Shown: in pieces, positions 1 through 13,050 of the stretch | Layout: each line of letters begins with the position of its first letter | Numbering within the stretch: the first letter of the stretch is position 1 | NCBI GenBank assembly: GCA_030141605.1 | Contig: JAQGDQ010002374.1 | Coordinates: 372,001 to 436,000 of the forward strand | Length of the DNA stretch: 64,000 nucleotides | Source: Tubiluchus corallicola | Taxonomy: Eukaryota; Animalia; Priapulida | Direction of reading: 5' to 3' | Notes under the pieces: generated by a model | Database searches by the model: none | Seen by the model: only the letters and a program-made list of their open reading frames with translations | Told to the model about the DNA's origin: nothing | Position numbers and translations under genes: made by a program

Positions 1-268
1 GCTAAAACACTAAAAAATTATAATGTAATTAGACCTATAAATCATAAAAATATGCAAAACATTCACCACTAGCTTATACGTTAAAATACTGCTTAATATA
101 AATGCGAATAAATAAATATAATAAATATAAATAAATATACAAATATGAACATCTGCTATGATTGTAGTAAAAGGTACAAGTAAAAGCATAGCATCAGTGT
201 ACACTCAGAATGAAACCAAACAGCAACAATCTAAAAACAGCATATGGGTAGATTAGCTGAAACGTAAC

Positions 269-1182
269 CAGTGGTGTCGTGCTATAGGGGCCCGCCCCCC
301 CCCCCAATTTTTTAGAAAATGTCAAAATGGCAAACGGTAAGCAAATTTATTTCCAACTTTTTGACACACAATAGCGGGCCAGCGCTCCATAAATGCGAAC
401 AGTATGAGCATTTCGGTACAGTAGCCCAAAAATATTTTTTATCATTAAAGTTTGTCGCCGAGTTAAATTATTCTGACTGTTAATACGTGCCTGACCAGAT
501 GTGTTTACCTGAAAGTCAGGATGTAGTTAATTTGTTTGCATGTAATCTATTCAGGAGGCAGGCAGGAACAGTTAACAAAGCAGCTCGTTGAGTAGCATTA
601 GCGTCTTTGCAGTTAGACTGTTAGTTAAAACGGCTCAGTTAGCACTCGAGCTTCGTTCAGCAGTGTGTTATAATAGTGAGCAAGTGGAAATAATAGAGCA
701 AAAAGAATGCAAACATTGAAGTCATGTTGAGTTAGCCTAATACCAGAGAGTCAGTTTGTCGAGCTAGCCTAGTACCAGAGAGTCGGTTTGCGAGATACAA
801 ATTGATGAGCCACCTCCTGATTGGACATTACCGACTCTTTGCTACTCCTTAGCGACTCTTTCCCACAAGTTTGCTGCATAAAAGGGCGTGATTTTGAGCA
901 CATTTCATCATTTTTCTCCTACTAGATCTTTTCGCCAAATCTTTGGATTCCTGACAGCTAATAAATACTTAATTAAATTTTAATTAAATTTTTAATTTTA
1001 ATTAAGTTTCCGTTGCTATAGCTTTAAGTTAAATGCCAGTTGGGAATTAATAAATCGTTTTTCTTGCACGCAAAATACTGTGTGGGAATTCAAAATTATA
1101 CGTTTTTTAAACATTTAAGTTCCGCCATTATATACAGTCGCCCCCCCCCCCCCCCAATTTTTTTTGGTGCACAACGCCCCTG
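269..1182. mobile_element. Non-autonomous hAT-type DNA transposon
   Basis: Imperfect TIRs CAGTGGTGTCGTGC / GCACAACGCCCCTG; 8-bp TSD aacgtaac/aacataac; subterminal poly-C tracts at both ends. Confidence 0.75.
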
Positions 1183-1425
1183 AACATAACTAAAGTATTT
1201 TCCAGGTGAAAGAATGCTACTTTTCAACAGTAGCTGTTGTATTGCTTTTTTAACGATAAACCACTTTTTCTTTTGTTTCTAAATCCATGCCAAAATGCAC
1301 TAGCTGACATGTCATACAAATCACATTAAAAGAATTTATTACCTATTCATTACCTATTTGGCTTCTTTTAACTACTTAATTAGTGCACAATAGGCTCTGC
1401 CTATATAAACTGGTTGTACGTTTGT

Positions 1426-1480
1426 AAATTTACCACTGATGATGACAGCAGCAGCCTGTCAAAATGTTTTGCATAATTTT
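1426..1480 (+). ncRNA. Decayed minimal hammerhead-like motif in a Penelope-like pLTR fragment
   Basis: CTGATGA, stem GACAG..CTGTC, then AAAA (GAAA expected) and a partial stem I complement; AATAAA follows. Confidence 0.4.
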
Positions 1481-1553
1481 AACTTTTTAATGTAAAAGTT
1501 TTAATAAAGTAGTGTTTTGTTTTTAACTATAAAAGAATTGATATTCTACTTAC

Positions 1554-1714
1554 TCTCCTTTCATTATGCCAATGCAAAGAAGAAACGAAAACAATAATTT
1601 GTCTTTTTCAAACAGAGATCGGCAAACATTGCGGTAGATACTGTTAGTGAAGTGCATGTTCAGGTTCCTTAGTCGTTCTTCCAAGTGTTCCGATTTGTTG
1701 CTGTCAATTATTGA
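1554..1714 (-). CDS. DNAH3: Dynein exon 58 (last in window)
   Basis: cag|SIIDS...[19 protein letters not shown]...KG GA|gtaagt. Confidence 0.95.
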
Positions 1715-4700
1715 CTGGAATGTAAGTAAGTAAGCAATTTATTGTCATAAAATTTCAAAAAATTTATTACCAGGATGATATTCATCATGTAATGATAACT
1801 TGCGCTCTCTTTGCAACCCTGTGTTATAGGTTGCTGTTCAGTTCCTATTACTTTTGAAGCAGATTTAACAACCTGATCAAGAGCATAAAATGTACTGGCA
1901 AAACAGATTTATGATGATTAATTTCACATCCAGCTGGTTTCCTTATAAAAATGTAAAGCTAGTGGTCTTGCCGTGGTTAGCCTTTTGTCTATGTAACATT
2001 ATTTAGGTGTGAATCAAATGTTAATGGCTATCAATTCGAAATTTATCAAATTCGAAAATTAATGGACATGCAATAGCCTGTAACAGATCTCTCAAGGGTT
2101 TGTTTTACCTGGTAATGAATTGGCAACAGTATTATCGGCTAATAGTGGACTGACTATAAAATACAGGCATCGAGTAATTTTTGTGCGGCCGCTTGGCCGT
2201 GGGAAAATTGGGTACAGCCATTTGGGCACCAGAATCAATGCACGCCGACTTGAAGAAAACAATTTGTGTGTCGCGCTGGAAAACGTGATGCCTACAGTTG
2301 GCCTTTTAGGTGAAGCCTCTTTGTATGCTAATTTTTTAAATTTACCTAAAGTTTTTGTAAACAAATAAATAACTATTTTCCAAAATACGATTCTGTAATT
2401 GACACTAGAATAACTAAAACACTCACCATGTATAAAAAACTCTGCTGTTGAACATTTCACAAGACCTGCGCCATGAAGAAGCTTAATCGTGAAAGTGATA
2501 ATTATGTATTAACCATTTTTTCTTATTGATTGACCTGCTTTATTTCGAATATGCCGCTAGTATAGTTTGTATAAACAATGTAACTTAAAGCACACCAAGC
2601 GCTCAACGATGAATAGGTGTACATTAACATTAGGATATCATCAGCTCGCTTGAAACAAACTGGAAATGCTAAGTTGGTTTATTCTGTTTGCAAATTTAAA
2701 TAAGCATTGCTAATAATGAACATCTAAATCTCACTATTCATGATCCTGACATGCTTTGATAATTTTAAAAATTAGACATAGGGTAATTATACTGAAGGTG
2801 GAGAAAGTGCAGAAGGCAACTAACTGGTTTTCGATTGTGTTATTAAACATTATGACAGAAAAACAGTGAATCATTAAAAGTTTAATAAACAAAAATAAAA
2901 AATAGGCACAATATCAAATTTTGCTGGTGCCCAAATGTCTCGTGCCCAATTGTCCCTGTGCCCAAATGTCACGTGCCCTAAAATGCATGAGCCTAGCTAT
3001 AATCTATAGCCCATGACAAAGTAAATCAGTACAATAACAGAACAAGCCATCAGTACAGTAGCAGCAGCAATAATAAGAACAGGCTCTACAGCTAAGAAAC
3101 ATTCTGCAAATAATTTACAAGCTGAGATAATCCACATCGAAAATGAGGTGCAGCCTGCACAATGAGAAATATGATCTTGAGAAAATTGATCTTAGAGTTT
3201 GCCATTGTTTTTTTGGTACATTTCGACAAAACACTTATAAATTGTACTAAAGTGAGGTTGTTACGAACTTTGCAAGAACACACTGAAGTTATGTTTAAAT
3301 CCACTAGATGGCTCTTCCCGACAAATATTGGGGCTTGCCTACAGAAAAAATCGCAAGCAAAATGACCGCTACAATAAGCTATTATCGGAGTTCGAAAATA
3401 CAGTTTTCACAATTGCAATGCTAGATTTTAGCCAGAGAAAGAATAAGAATAATTATAAAATCAAATTTTTGGCTTTTTGAACATTTTCCATTTTTTTTTG
3501 AAAATTTGATGCTAGATTATAAAAGTCCACAATACTTAGAATTTGTTTTTAGGAAAAACAAAAAATTGACATTTGACCTAATTTTAGGGTATTATATTTT
3601 GAAGCTTTATAATGTAGTTTTGGTTTGCAGGCACACAAATAATAATAAATAATAATAATAATAATTGCTGAAATTAAGAACTTATTGTTTTGATTTTTTT
3701 CATAAATATGACAAAACATAAGCAGAATAAGTTAAACTGACACATATACATAAACATATCGTAAATCAAAACTAAAAAATACAAATATCATCCTATAGTA
3801 AGGGATGGGATGTTCTTTCGATTTTGTAAAAATTTGCAATATGAAATACATGAAATTTTCCTGACAAATGAATTTTGAAAAAAAATAGTAACTTTTCTAT
3901 ATTACTGGATCGGTGACTTTTTACATTTTAGAAAGCAAGGCTTTCACTCCACAGAAATTTTACAATAAGTATTTGAAGTATGCATACCTTTACAAATAAA
4001 TCAATAAACCATGTGAGAGAGTACTGGTAGATTGGTTCAATGTGAGCGAGATCAGTTATGCAGAAAAATAATATAGAAGAATACACAGCGACTGGCTTAT
4101 ATCCATTTCGAGTTTCGTCAATTTCCTTTTCAGTCAGTGAAGCAATGAGCTAGAATATTAGAAAACGCAGTACATAAAATGATTTAAGTTAGGCTGCATG
4201 TAGCATTAATTCATAGCAATGTTTACAGAGTAAATTAGTCAAATTTATCAAATTCAGTATAGGTATGCAAAATAATAAAAAAGCAGATTTTTGCATATAG
4301 TTCCAAATGGCCTTGTAAAGTTTTAATGAAACACATAATGAGTAATCAATTTAAAGCTTTTAAGTGACAATAAAGCTTTAGTTTTTACTGACTTTGTCAT
4401 TGGTTGGAAGTCCTAGGTATCAGCAAGTGAAGTTATTGTACATTTGAATGCGCAGCACTGGATGTTGCTAATAAGCTATTAATAAATATAATAAAAAATT
4501 TAAATGACATCTTAGAGGAATATAACTGTGTCCAAAAACCCCCAAATGATGTATTCGCCATATGAAACTCGCCAGTTACCTGCCAGAACTAAATGCACCA
4601 ACTCAAAATGTATATTTAACATCACATATGGAAAATAATGATTTGTTACTTAATAAGTGACGAAAAAAGTAAAAAAAATATAGCCCGGGTTTGGACTTTT

Positions 4701-7700
4701 TCTTTGAAGTTCTTGTTATTGGTTAAGGCCCTTCTGTAGTTTACTAAATACAATATAAATGTTAGGTGTAAAGAGCATATGAAGTAATTCATGATTGTTA
4801 TTATTTAAAACTCCTGACTGTCAAATTAAAACACTAAAATAAAGATAAATACTCAGCATAATAATAAATAAAAACTTGATCCAAAGTGATGACACATTTA
4901 ATGAATTCACCATCATAACCAGATACTACCATGTAGTGCACTATCAAGGTGTGCCAAAAAAGAGTTGTTTTTTAAAAATTCCACATATGTATATTATTAC
5001 TGTATATAGTGTTATACTGCATATATTACTCAGAACTGTAAATGTATGTTTAGCTGAACTAAAGTAATCTGTCGTATAAAAAGTAATTTGACTGCACATC
5101 ATCACTACCAAATTCTAATATCATTAATACACATGCTTGTCATAAACTTGAAAAAAACATAAAAACATAAAGTGAAAAAAGAAAGAGAAAGAATATTACC
5201 TGTTTTGCAGAAATTTCTTCCGCTAGCGTTTTAGACGATGACAAAACTTGGACGGCGGTTTCGTCTTCTAAGATGTTGCCCTATCGCAAAATGTGAAATC
5301 ATTCATTATCAATTAACAAATAATACCGAATCATACAACTGACAGAAATTAAAAAAATTCAACCAACTGCTTTACCACTGTATGCTTGTAAAGCCATGCC
5401 TGCTTGCAAAATATACTTACCTCCGAAGAAAATAAAACAGCCAAGATTTTATCCTCAATTTCCTTAAGCTGCTTTTTGTTTTCTGCAGATTTTGTGATAA
5501 GATCATTCTTCTTTTTCTCTAACTCTGGTTTCTCTTTTGCGACCACGATACCCAATAGTTGATCCTCCAATCCCAGAGGTGTGATCATGAAATTGACTAG
5601 TGTAACCTGTCATACAAAATGTCACATGACCATAAACTTTGGCACCCAAATTCAACAAAACATCATGTGCTTTGTGAATTAACTGATTGATTAAAAACAG
5701 ATTCACGCCTTTTATACTTGCAAAAACACCTTGCCATGCTTTCATTATTCACTGCGATATTGTGATCAAACAAAGTTACATCAAACAAAACTTGTTGTCT
5801 TCTATAGTTCTAGCTATAACTATAGCCTCGAAACTGTAACAATTTACTTATAATAATTAACTACGTACGACCTTTTTTTGAATTAATTTATTACCTTCGT
5901 GGATACATCAGGAAGATAGTGAGGATTGCGTAACCTAGTGGTAATGTAGAAACGAAAGTCCTCCGAGTATTCTAATAAATTTTCACCCAGCCATATATGC
6001 TGTAACAGGTAAGCCTAGTAAATAGATTTAATATCTTGCATACTGACATACTTAAATTGAAAGTAAAGTTTGCCAGTTTACAAAAGTGATCCATAGATTT
6101 ATAAGAAATGTTAAAAATACGAAAATAATGTTCCTACACATAATGTTTTGGATCGACTACCTTGGCAACAATGTGGTTAAACTTTCTGGCATTAATGTAA
6201 GAAAAAAAGTCCTTTAAGCTTTCAAATAACGTGTCAGAAATGAGCAAATGCACATATCCATCAGAAAAGAATCTATGAAAACCAGGATACCTCAACCCCA
6301 CTCTGTTTAAAAGTCTCTTTCTTTAGCAAGGGATCCAGAATCGGATCTAATTCTTCTCCGACGTTTTCTAAGAGAATAGGCTGCCCAAACTGAATGCAGT
6401 TCTCCAAGGTTCGCAAGTAGTTGGGATCAGAGAGCTTAATGACGGAAAGTTTGTTTTCTCTTTCCATGTTCTTTATCCACTTGTTTGCTTGACCTGGTGA
6501 AAAGAAATTTGAAATGCATAAAGCAATTCATGCAGAGGATATGAAAATGTTTAAAAAACAAGAATAAGACAATTTTAAAGCAACATATTAACAAAGAATT
6601 CACAAACGCAAAATTTAATGAAATGTAACTTTAGATGCAAGTAGTGGCAACAAACTGTCGCCAGGTTATAGAACTTTGACAAAATGCTTTACAGGTAGTA
6701 CTTATTGCACTATCTGTGTAGTCTATCCATTTATTATAGTTAGCTTGTGTCATAAATGAATGGCAGTTAAGAGATACCTAAAGCAAGAAGCTATACCTGT
6801 ATCGCGCAAAATGTCTAGTGGCGTTAAGCCACAAAAAAGCAAAGTATGTTAAATGCTTGATACTTATGGCTCTTATATGGTAATGTCAAGTAATACACTA
6901 AAAAGCCAACTCTTATGAACTAATTTTACACATTAGAATAGAAATAGCTGTTAATCGTAACCTTGAGGATCAATTAGAAGTGGAAAGCGGCGGCTGTTAG
7001 TTGAAATGATTCCATTATCCACAGAAAATGAATCCACTGGCAATCCAGCTATTTTCCAAGCCATGATCTTCACCGGATTACCTAGTGTGTTACTTAATGA
7101 AAACTGATCAGAGCAGGGTATGTGCCTATTTTTGCACATCTGATGCCATTGATTAGCTGATTCCTGTAATAGCAAATACAAATAACAGGTAAATAAAGAG
7201 ACGGCTTTGTGCAATTAGATGAAAGTAACAATTAACACAGAATTAAGAATTGTTTTAATGTTGCTTATTAAATTTAGCTCTTTAACGAACCTTCCTTACA
7301 GGTTCAAGTACCCGAGGCTGCACAACAATATTGCAAGAATGTTGTCACAAGATTTTTGCAAATATGGATACCATATGGAAATGTAGATTTGCCACAACAT
7401 TGCACCAATAAGTTTTCAATATGTATAAAAAATGTGTTTCCAATATCTATATATTAATTCTACTGGTATGGGCTTTATATTGGACAATAAAATTGGTGGT
7501 ATGTTGCACCAATTTTGTTCAAAAATATCTTATGTTGTACCAACATGGTGACAATATTTCCTGAATATATTTTTTGTCAATATCCTGACAAGACTCATCA
7601 TGTAAATCTTTGAAACCGTAGGAACACAAGTTCTATCGTCTCTCGATTCTATAATACACAATTTTAACATAAACAGTAATTTAATACCGGTGTTTTGCAG

Positions 7701-10700
7701 TCACAAATTTATGGTAGCTGGCAAGTATTATTGCTGGTTAATGTTGCTACTTCGTCTAATTTTTTCTTGAAAAATGTAAATACAAAAAAGGTTTTAATGT
7801 GCAGTAGTACGGGTTACCACCTGTCGAAAATCAACAGTAAAAGGTCCAAGATAACACATTACAGCAGCAGACACAAGAACATCACCAGTGATAGTTATAT
7901 AACGTTCAGCTAACATTTCAGCTGCTTCTCTCCATCTTTCCTTCTCTCCTCCCAACTCATCTGTAATACGACGGAGTAGTAGTATAAAATCATTTTATTT
8001 GTTACAAATAAAAGAAATACATACATTCAAGTCATTGGATGTTTAGTTCATTAGCAGGAGTTACATGCACAAAAACAAATGCACACAGTAACATTTTACA
8101 GCAAAATATTTTCTATAAGAATAGCAATAACTTTCGAAATAAATTTAATAATTTAAGAAAATGTACCAGAGTGGCACCATTGCATACACTTTCTTACCAA
8201 TAATCTTCTCAGCTCGTCCCAGCTTCACAGAGCACAGTTTTATATTATCCTCTAAACTTTTCTTTTTATCATTCATGGCTTGAAACTTGTTGTTAAGTTG
8301 AAGCAAATGATTTACAACCTGAATACACAAGTTACAAGAATAGTATGAACTTCAAGGGATTGCTTACATATACGAAGCATAAAACATCTCAACTTATTAT
8401 GTTTATTTGCAAATTTTTCTAATTTAAATCTGCAGATTATTACACCAAAAGTTGGCCAAAGAGTTTGTGCAATATCAATGGTGGGGCAGTCTTTACTCCT
8501 TACTTTGGTTAAAAAGCAGGTAGCAAAATGTAACATTAAATGCTATTATAAATAGAGACCAAGCCAGTAGCAATAATATCATACACTGTAATTCAATTCT
8601 TTTATTTTTACAATTCATGATCCAGCATTCAACAGCAGGTCCTACACAAGACAAAAGATCATAGTAGGACTGAGACCTCATTTATTATCAAGGCCATGCC
8701 TTTAAGATGACATCTTTGTCCATTCTTTCTTTCTTTATTCTACTAAAGAGGAAGAAAAGAGAATTTTCAAGTATATCCCAAAAAACTTTTCATACAAGGT
8801 TATATTACTTAGCATTAATTTACATGTTTGAGACTTATTAAAATAGAAAAAAATTGATAATAATTTGCAATTTTGCACCACCTGGTGAAACAGTACTGCA
8901 TCGCCATCCCAGTTTCAACCACAGATTCACCAAAAAACATGTTATTTAGTGGCTATTTTGGCACATATTATCCAATAGTTAAGTGGATCTTATTGAAATT
9001 GACAATATAAAGTATTTTATACTTTTGCTTATACAAATTTTATACAGCGTTACTGTTAACGCATGTATGCAAAGATAGCACGTAGGTGATATAAAATTTC
9101 AATGCAACTTTCTTAAGCTTTATTTATGTGCGTTTTTCTTGTGTTTAACTCATCAGTTTTGGTTCACTGTATACTATGCCTGAGTGTGCCTTACTTTTGA
9201 GACTTTAGAATAGATGTTTATTTAACACACTAGCAACTTTTTTCCTCCTGTGTCAATTAATATGCCACACTCATCGATCCGTGATCATTGTTCACACTCA
9301 TTAGACTCGATAATTTCAAAATTTTATATTCTGCCAGCAGTGCCTTTGATTTACACTTTTGAAACTCTTCTTGATAAAAAAAACTTTTGTCAGAACTTAA
9401 TGATCAACTTTCTTCTCTGCCCCTGGAATTATTTTGAATTGGTCCCTGTAGCTGCTTGCTTACAGTACTGTTCACGTTTGGTGCAAAGGTTTCTCTTATC
9501 ATCACCCTCAGGCATTAGTAATTGTGTTGGAATAACATTACTTTATTACTTCTATCATTTGTCTTTATATCACAAGACATTTAAGTTTACACTTTGGTAT
9601 TTACCTTGCTTGTTTCTCACAATGCTCGTTTTTGTAATTCTTATGTACTGTATTTTTATTTAGGTGGATTGTCGCATGAACATGACCATAATTAACTGGT
9701 CAAAATGTAGGAAATGTTTGTGTCTGGGGTACATGGCTATTATTTTTATTTTAAGAATTTATTTCCCAATCACAAATCAATTAGACAGGTTTTTATTCAA
9801 AGTTATCAAAGTAAAAAAAAGGAAGATCCAAACCTCCTTCAGCTGAGCTTGCTTTTCGTTCAGCTTTTCCATTTGCACAGCTAATTCAGCTTCAGCAACT
9901 TTTAGCTTTGCTTGTTTTGGAGCCACAACTTTGATGACACGATCGTACACTTCCATAGCAAGCACCCAGCGAGATATCCCTTCGCATGCTGTTGATGCGT
10001 TCTTAATTAAATTAGGGTCAAACTCTGGATTGGCTATATACCTAAGTTAAACTAAATTTATTAGCGATGCAATGCTCAATAATTAGTATGCGTGGAGTAA
10101 AGAGAAACTGACGTCAAACAATAACTAGTCAGCTGTTAATGAAATCTGCTGTTAATGAAATACAATCTAAAATCCCGATCTAATGTATTAAAAACTGGGC
10201 ACTTGTATTGATTCGATGACTCAGCTTGATTGATCGTGATTGTTGCCATGAAAATGACGGTTCATTAGCAAATGGTTGGAAAACTAGTATAATAGGTACT
10301 TTTGTGACTCCAAAATCTATCTCCTAGAAAAGTGCTGAAGTAGTGAATACGAAACTCGGTACTCTGGGTTCTTGGATAACTATCTAAAAGACATCTGAAC
10401 CAAAGATTGGAATTTCTGTCTGTTCTTCTGTCATTCCCCAGAAACCACTGACTTGATTCCAGCCAAATTTGCACAGCAGGTGGGTCTGCACCACAGATAA
10501 TGTCATCACTACTTCCGGTCTTACTTATGATCTAAAAGAGGCTAAAGTTTACGATTCCCCATGCACAAGAAATTCATTCGTGAAGCAAATTAGGATTAGG
10601 GTTTGGGTTAGAGTTTGGATTACGGTTAGGGTTAGGGTTGAGGTATTTAAATTGGGTGGGGAAATGTATAAACTCCTTCCCCAAAAGCTTGAAGACTCAA

Positions 10701-12847
10701 GTAGCCCTTCGAACCATCGAATCACTATCAAGCAAATGGCGTGTAAGGCATAAAAATGTTGTAAATTGGACATATTACAAAATTTGAAAACACCAAAAAA
10801 CACATTTCTTTTACTTCTCTTTAATTTTCTTCATAATAACAGGAGGGATATTGTCCTTATCAAAGTTTTTCAGACCATCCAAGAACTTGATGTCGCTAAG
10901 AAGTTTTAAAGATACCGCCCAGTAATCGTCAATCATGCCACCGAAGCCAGACGGATCAGGTTTTCGTTCAGGCTTAATGCCCTTTAAAACGCACACAGCC
11001 TCCAAAACAAGCTTTACCACAGGTGGTGGATTCTGTAAATAATCAGAAATTAAAATGATGATATACTTTTGTACGCAAACACTAATGTATATGCATGCAA
11101 ATACTAACAAATTTTCATTTAACAGTGTGACTCTACTCAGCCACAACCAATTTACATACTTATGAAATTTAAAAATAACACTGTGAATTCTGTGGTAATT
11201 ACATAAAAATGAACAATGTTAAATGTCTTTTGAAAACTGTGCACCACATTTATTTAGGTGCAGGAAATGGAAATAGCTTACAGGTCCACCATAATTTTTT
11301 TTATATTTTTTGTATGTTTTGACAAACTACAAGGACTAGCACTTAATGGCAGGACCAGCTACAAATGTCAAATGGTTGTTTCAGACATGCAGCTGGCTTA
11401 CTGTCAAGAATAATCTTTAAAATAAAACACTAAACCTGTACAAAGAAGTCGATCAGGTTTGAATACATAAATATCCACTTTCAATGACAGAGATAGCTGT
11501 AAGATAAATGAAACCAATGAGAAGCAGTGTTCCTGGCAGTTACTTATGCATTTGTAATCGAGTCTGCCAGTACTTAACTTTGTAGCCAGTAGTATCAAGG
11601 TGTGAGTACTCTGCTATTGTCTTCATCATTTCAACACAAACCTGATAAAAGTGTCAACACAATTGTGATAAAGTGTTTGTATTACCTTCATTGACTTCAC
11701 TATAGTGATATCGGCAGGTGTCAGTGTCTCCAAAGCAGTGAGTGCACTTTCTAGTGCTGGTATGGCTTCCTGCAAATCACTTTCACATTCATCTTTAATG
11801 GCTGTGGAAGCTGCAGCAGCCTCGTTGGCAACAGCTTCATCTGCTGCAACGACCTCAATAGAAACAGAGAAGATAAAATCAAGATTATCCAGTTAATTGC
11901 AATACAAACTGGCCAGAGCCAGTATTTATTTGTTTATTGTTCCACTATGAGAAACTATCATGAGAAAACACCATTAGAAAAAGATCTCAGAACCCAATTT
12001 CACAAGACATTTGAGGATTCATAAACTCATTTATAAATAACTACATGTAATACAGTAGGCACCCTTTATGAGCCTCATGGTTAATAGAATCAGTCACCAA
12101 ATTGACAGAAAAACATCTGATACAGGCCATTCCTATTTAAACGTTCGTAAAAATTGTCGGCAATTGACTCAAGTAACTCTGCATAATTGACTCAAAATGA
12201 TTAGGATACTAGCTGTCCTTAAGTTGCACAATATAGTTAAGTTATCTGTTTGTTTTAATAAATCTTGCACAAAATATTTTGTATGCTATTAATGCTCACC
12301 TCTTTCTGCGCTTCCACCACTTTAGTATCTCGTTCGATTACAACCATCAGTTCTTCGGTTTCAACAGAAGTTTGAATCAGCTGTGGATGCAGGTCAGTCA
12401 GCTCTTTCTGCATAACTGATACCTAATCACAAACAGTGAAGAATTGATAAGAAAAGATAGAATGCTGTCTCTGTTCATCACATGATAATTATTACAAAAG
12501 ACGCATGTAAGCTGAGAAGGACAAACTTTGATAATAAAGGCATCAAATGAATCTCACTGCATTGGACCTCAGCACAAAATGTGAACAACATGTACAACAT
12601 TTAACAGTTAGTTCAAAACTCCCGTATAGCCTACCAAAGGAGAAATTGCTGCACATAAGCTGGCTTAGAATTGACCAACTGAGCAAATACGACATGGTCA
12701 ATCGAACAGTCATCACTTAAACCAGGTTTCGTTTACAGAGATGTTTGAAATGGTGGTTTAATGCAAAAATACGTTTCAATTTGTATACCACAAATTTCAC
12801 ATTTTGTGGTATGGAGAGAGAGGGAGAGGAAGAGGGAGAGGAAGAGG

Positions 12848-12944
<97 letters not shown>

Positions 12945-12953
12945 AGGAAGAGG

Positions 12954-13050
<97 letters not shown>

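Noticed and set aside
2092-2460. Overlapping 122-aa and 82-aa ORFs
   Set aside because: They overlap a MITE terminus and have no recognisable domain or splice context
10265-10520. Open minus-strand frame inside the MTBD intron
   Set aside because: No recognisable homology, it ends in a stop, and the flanking exons join correctly without it
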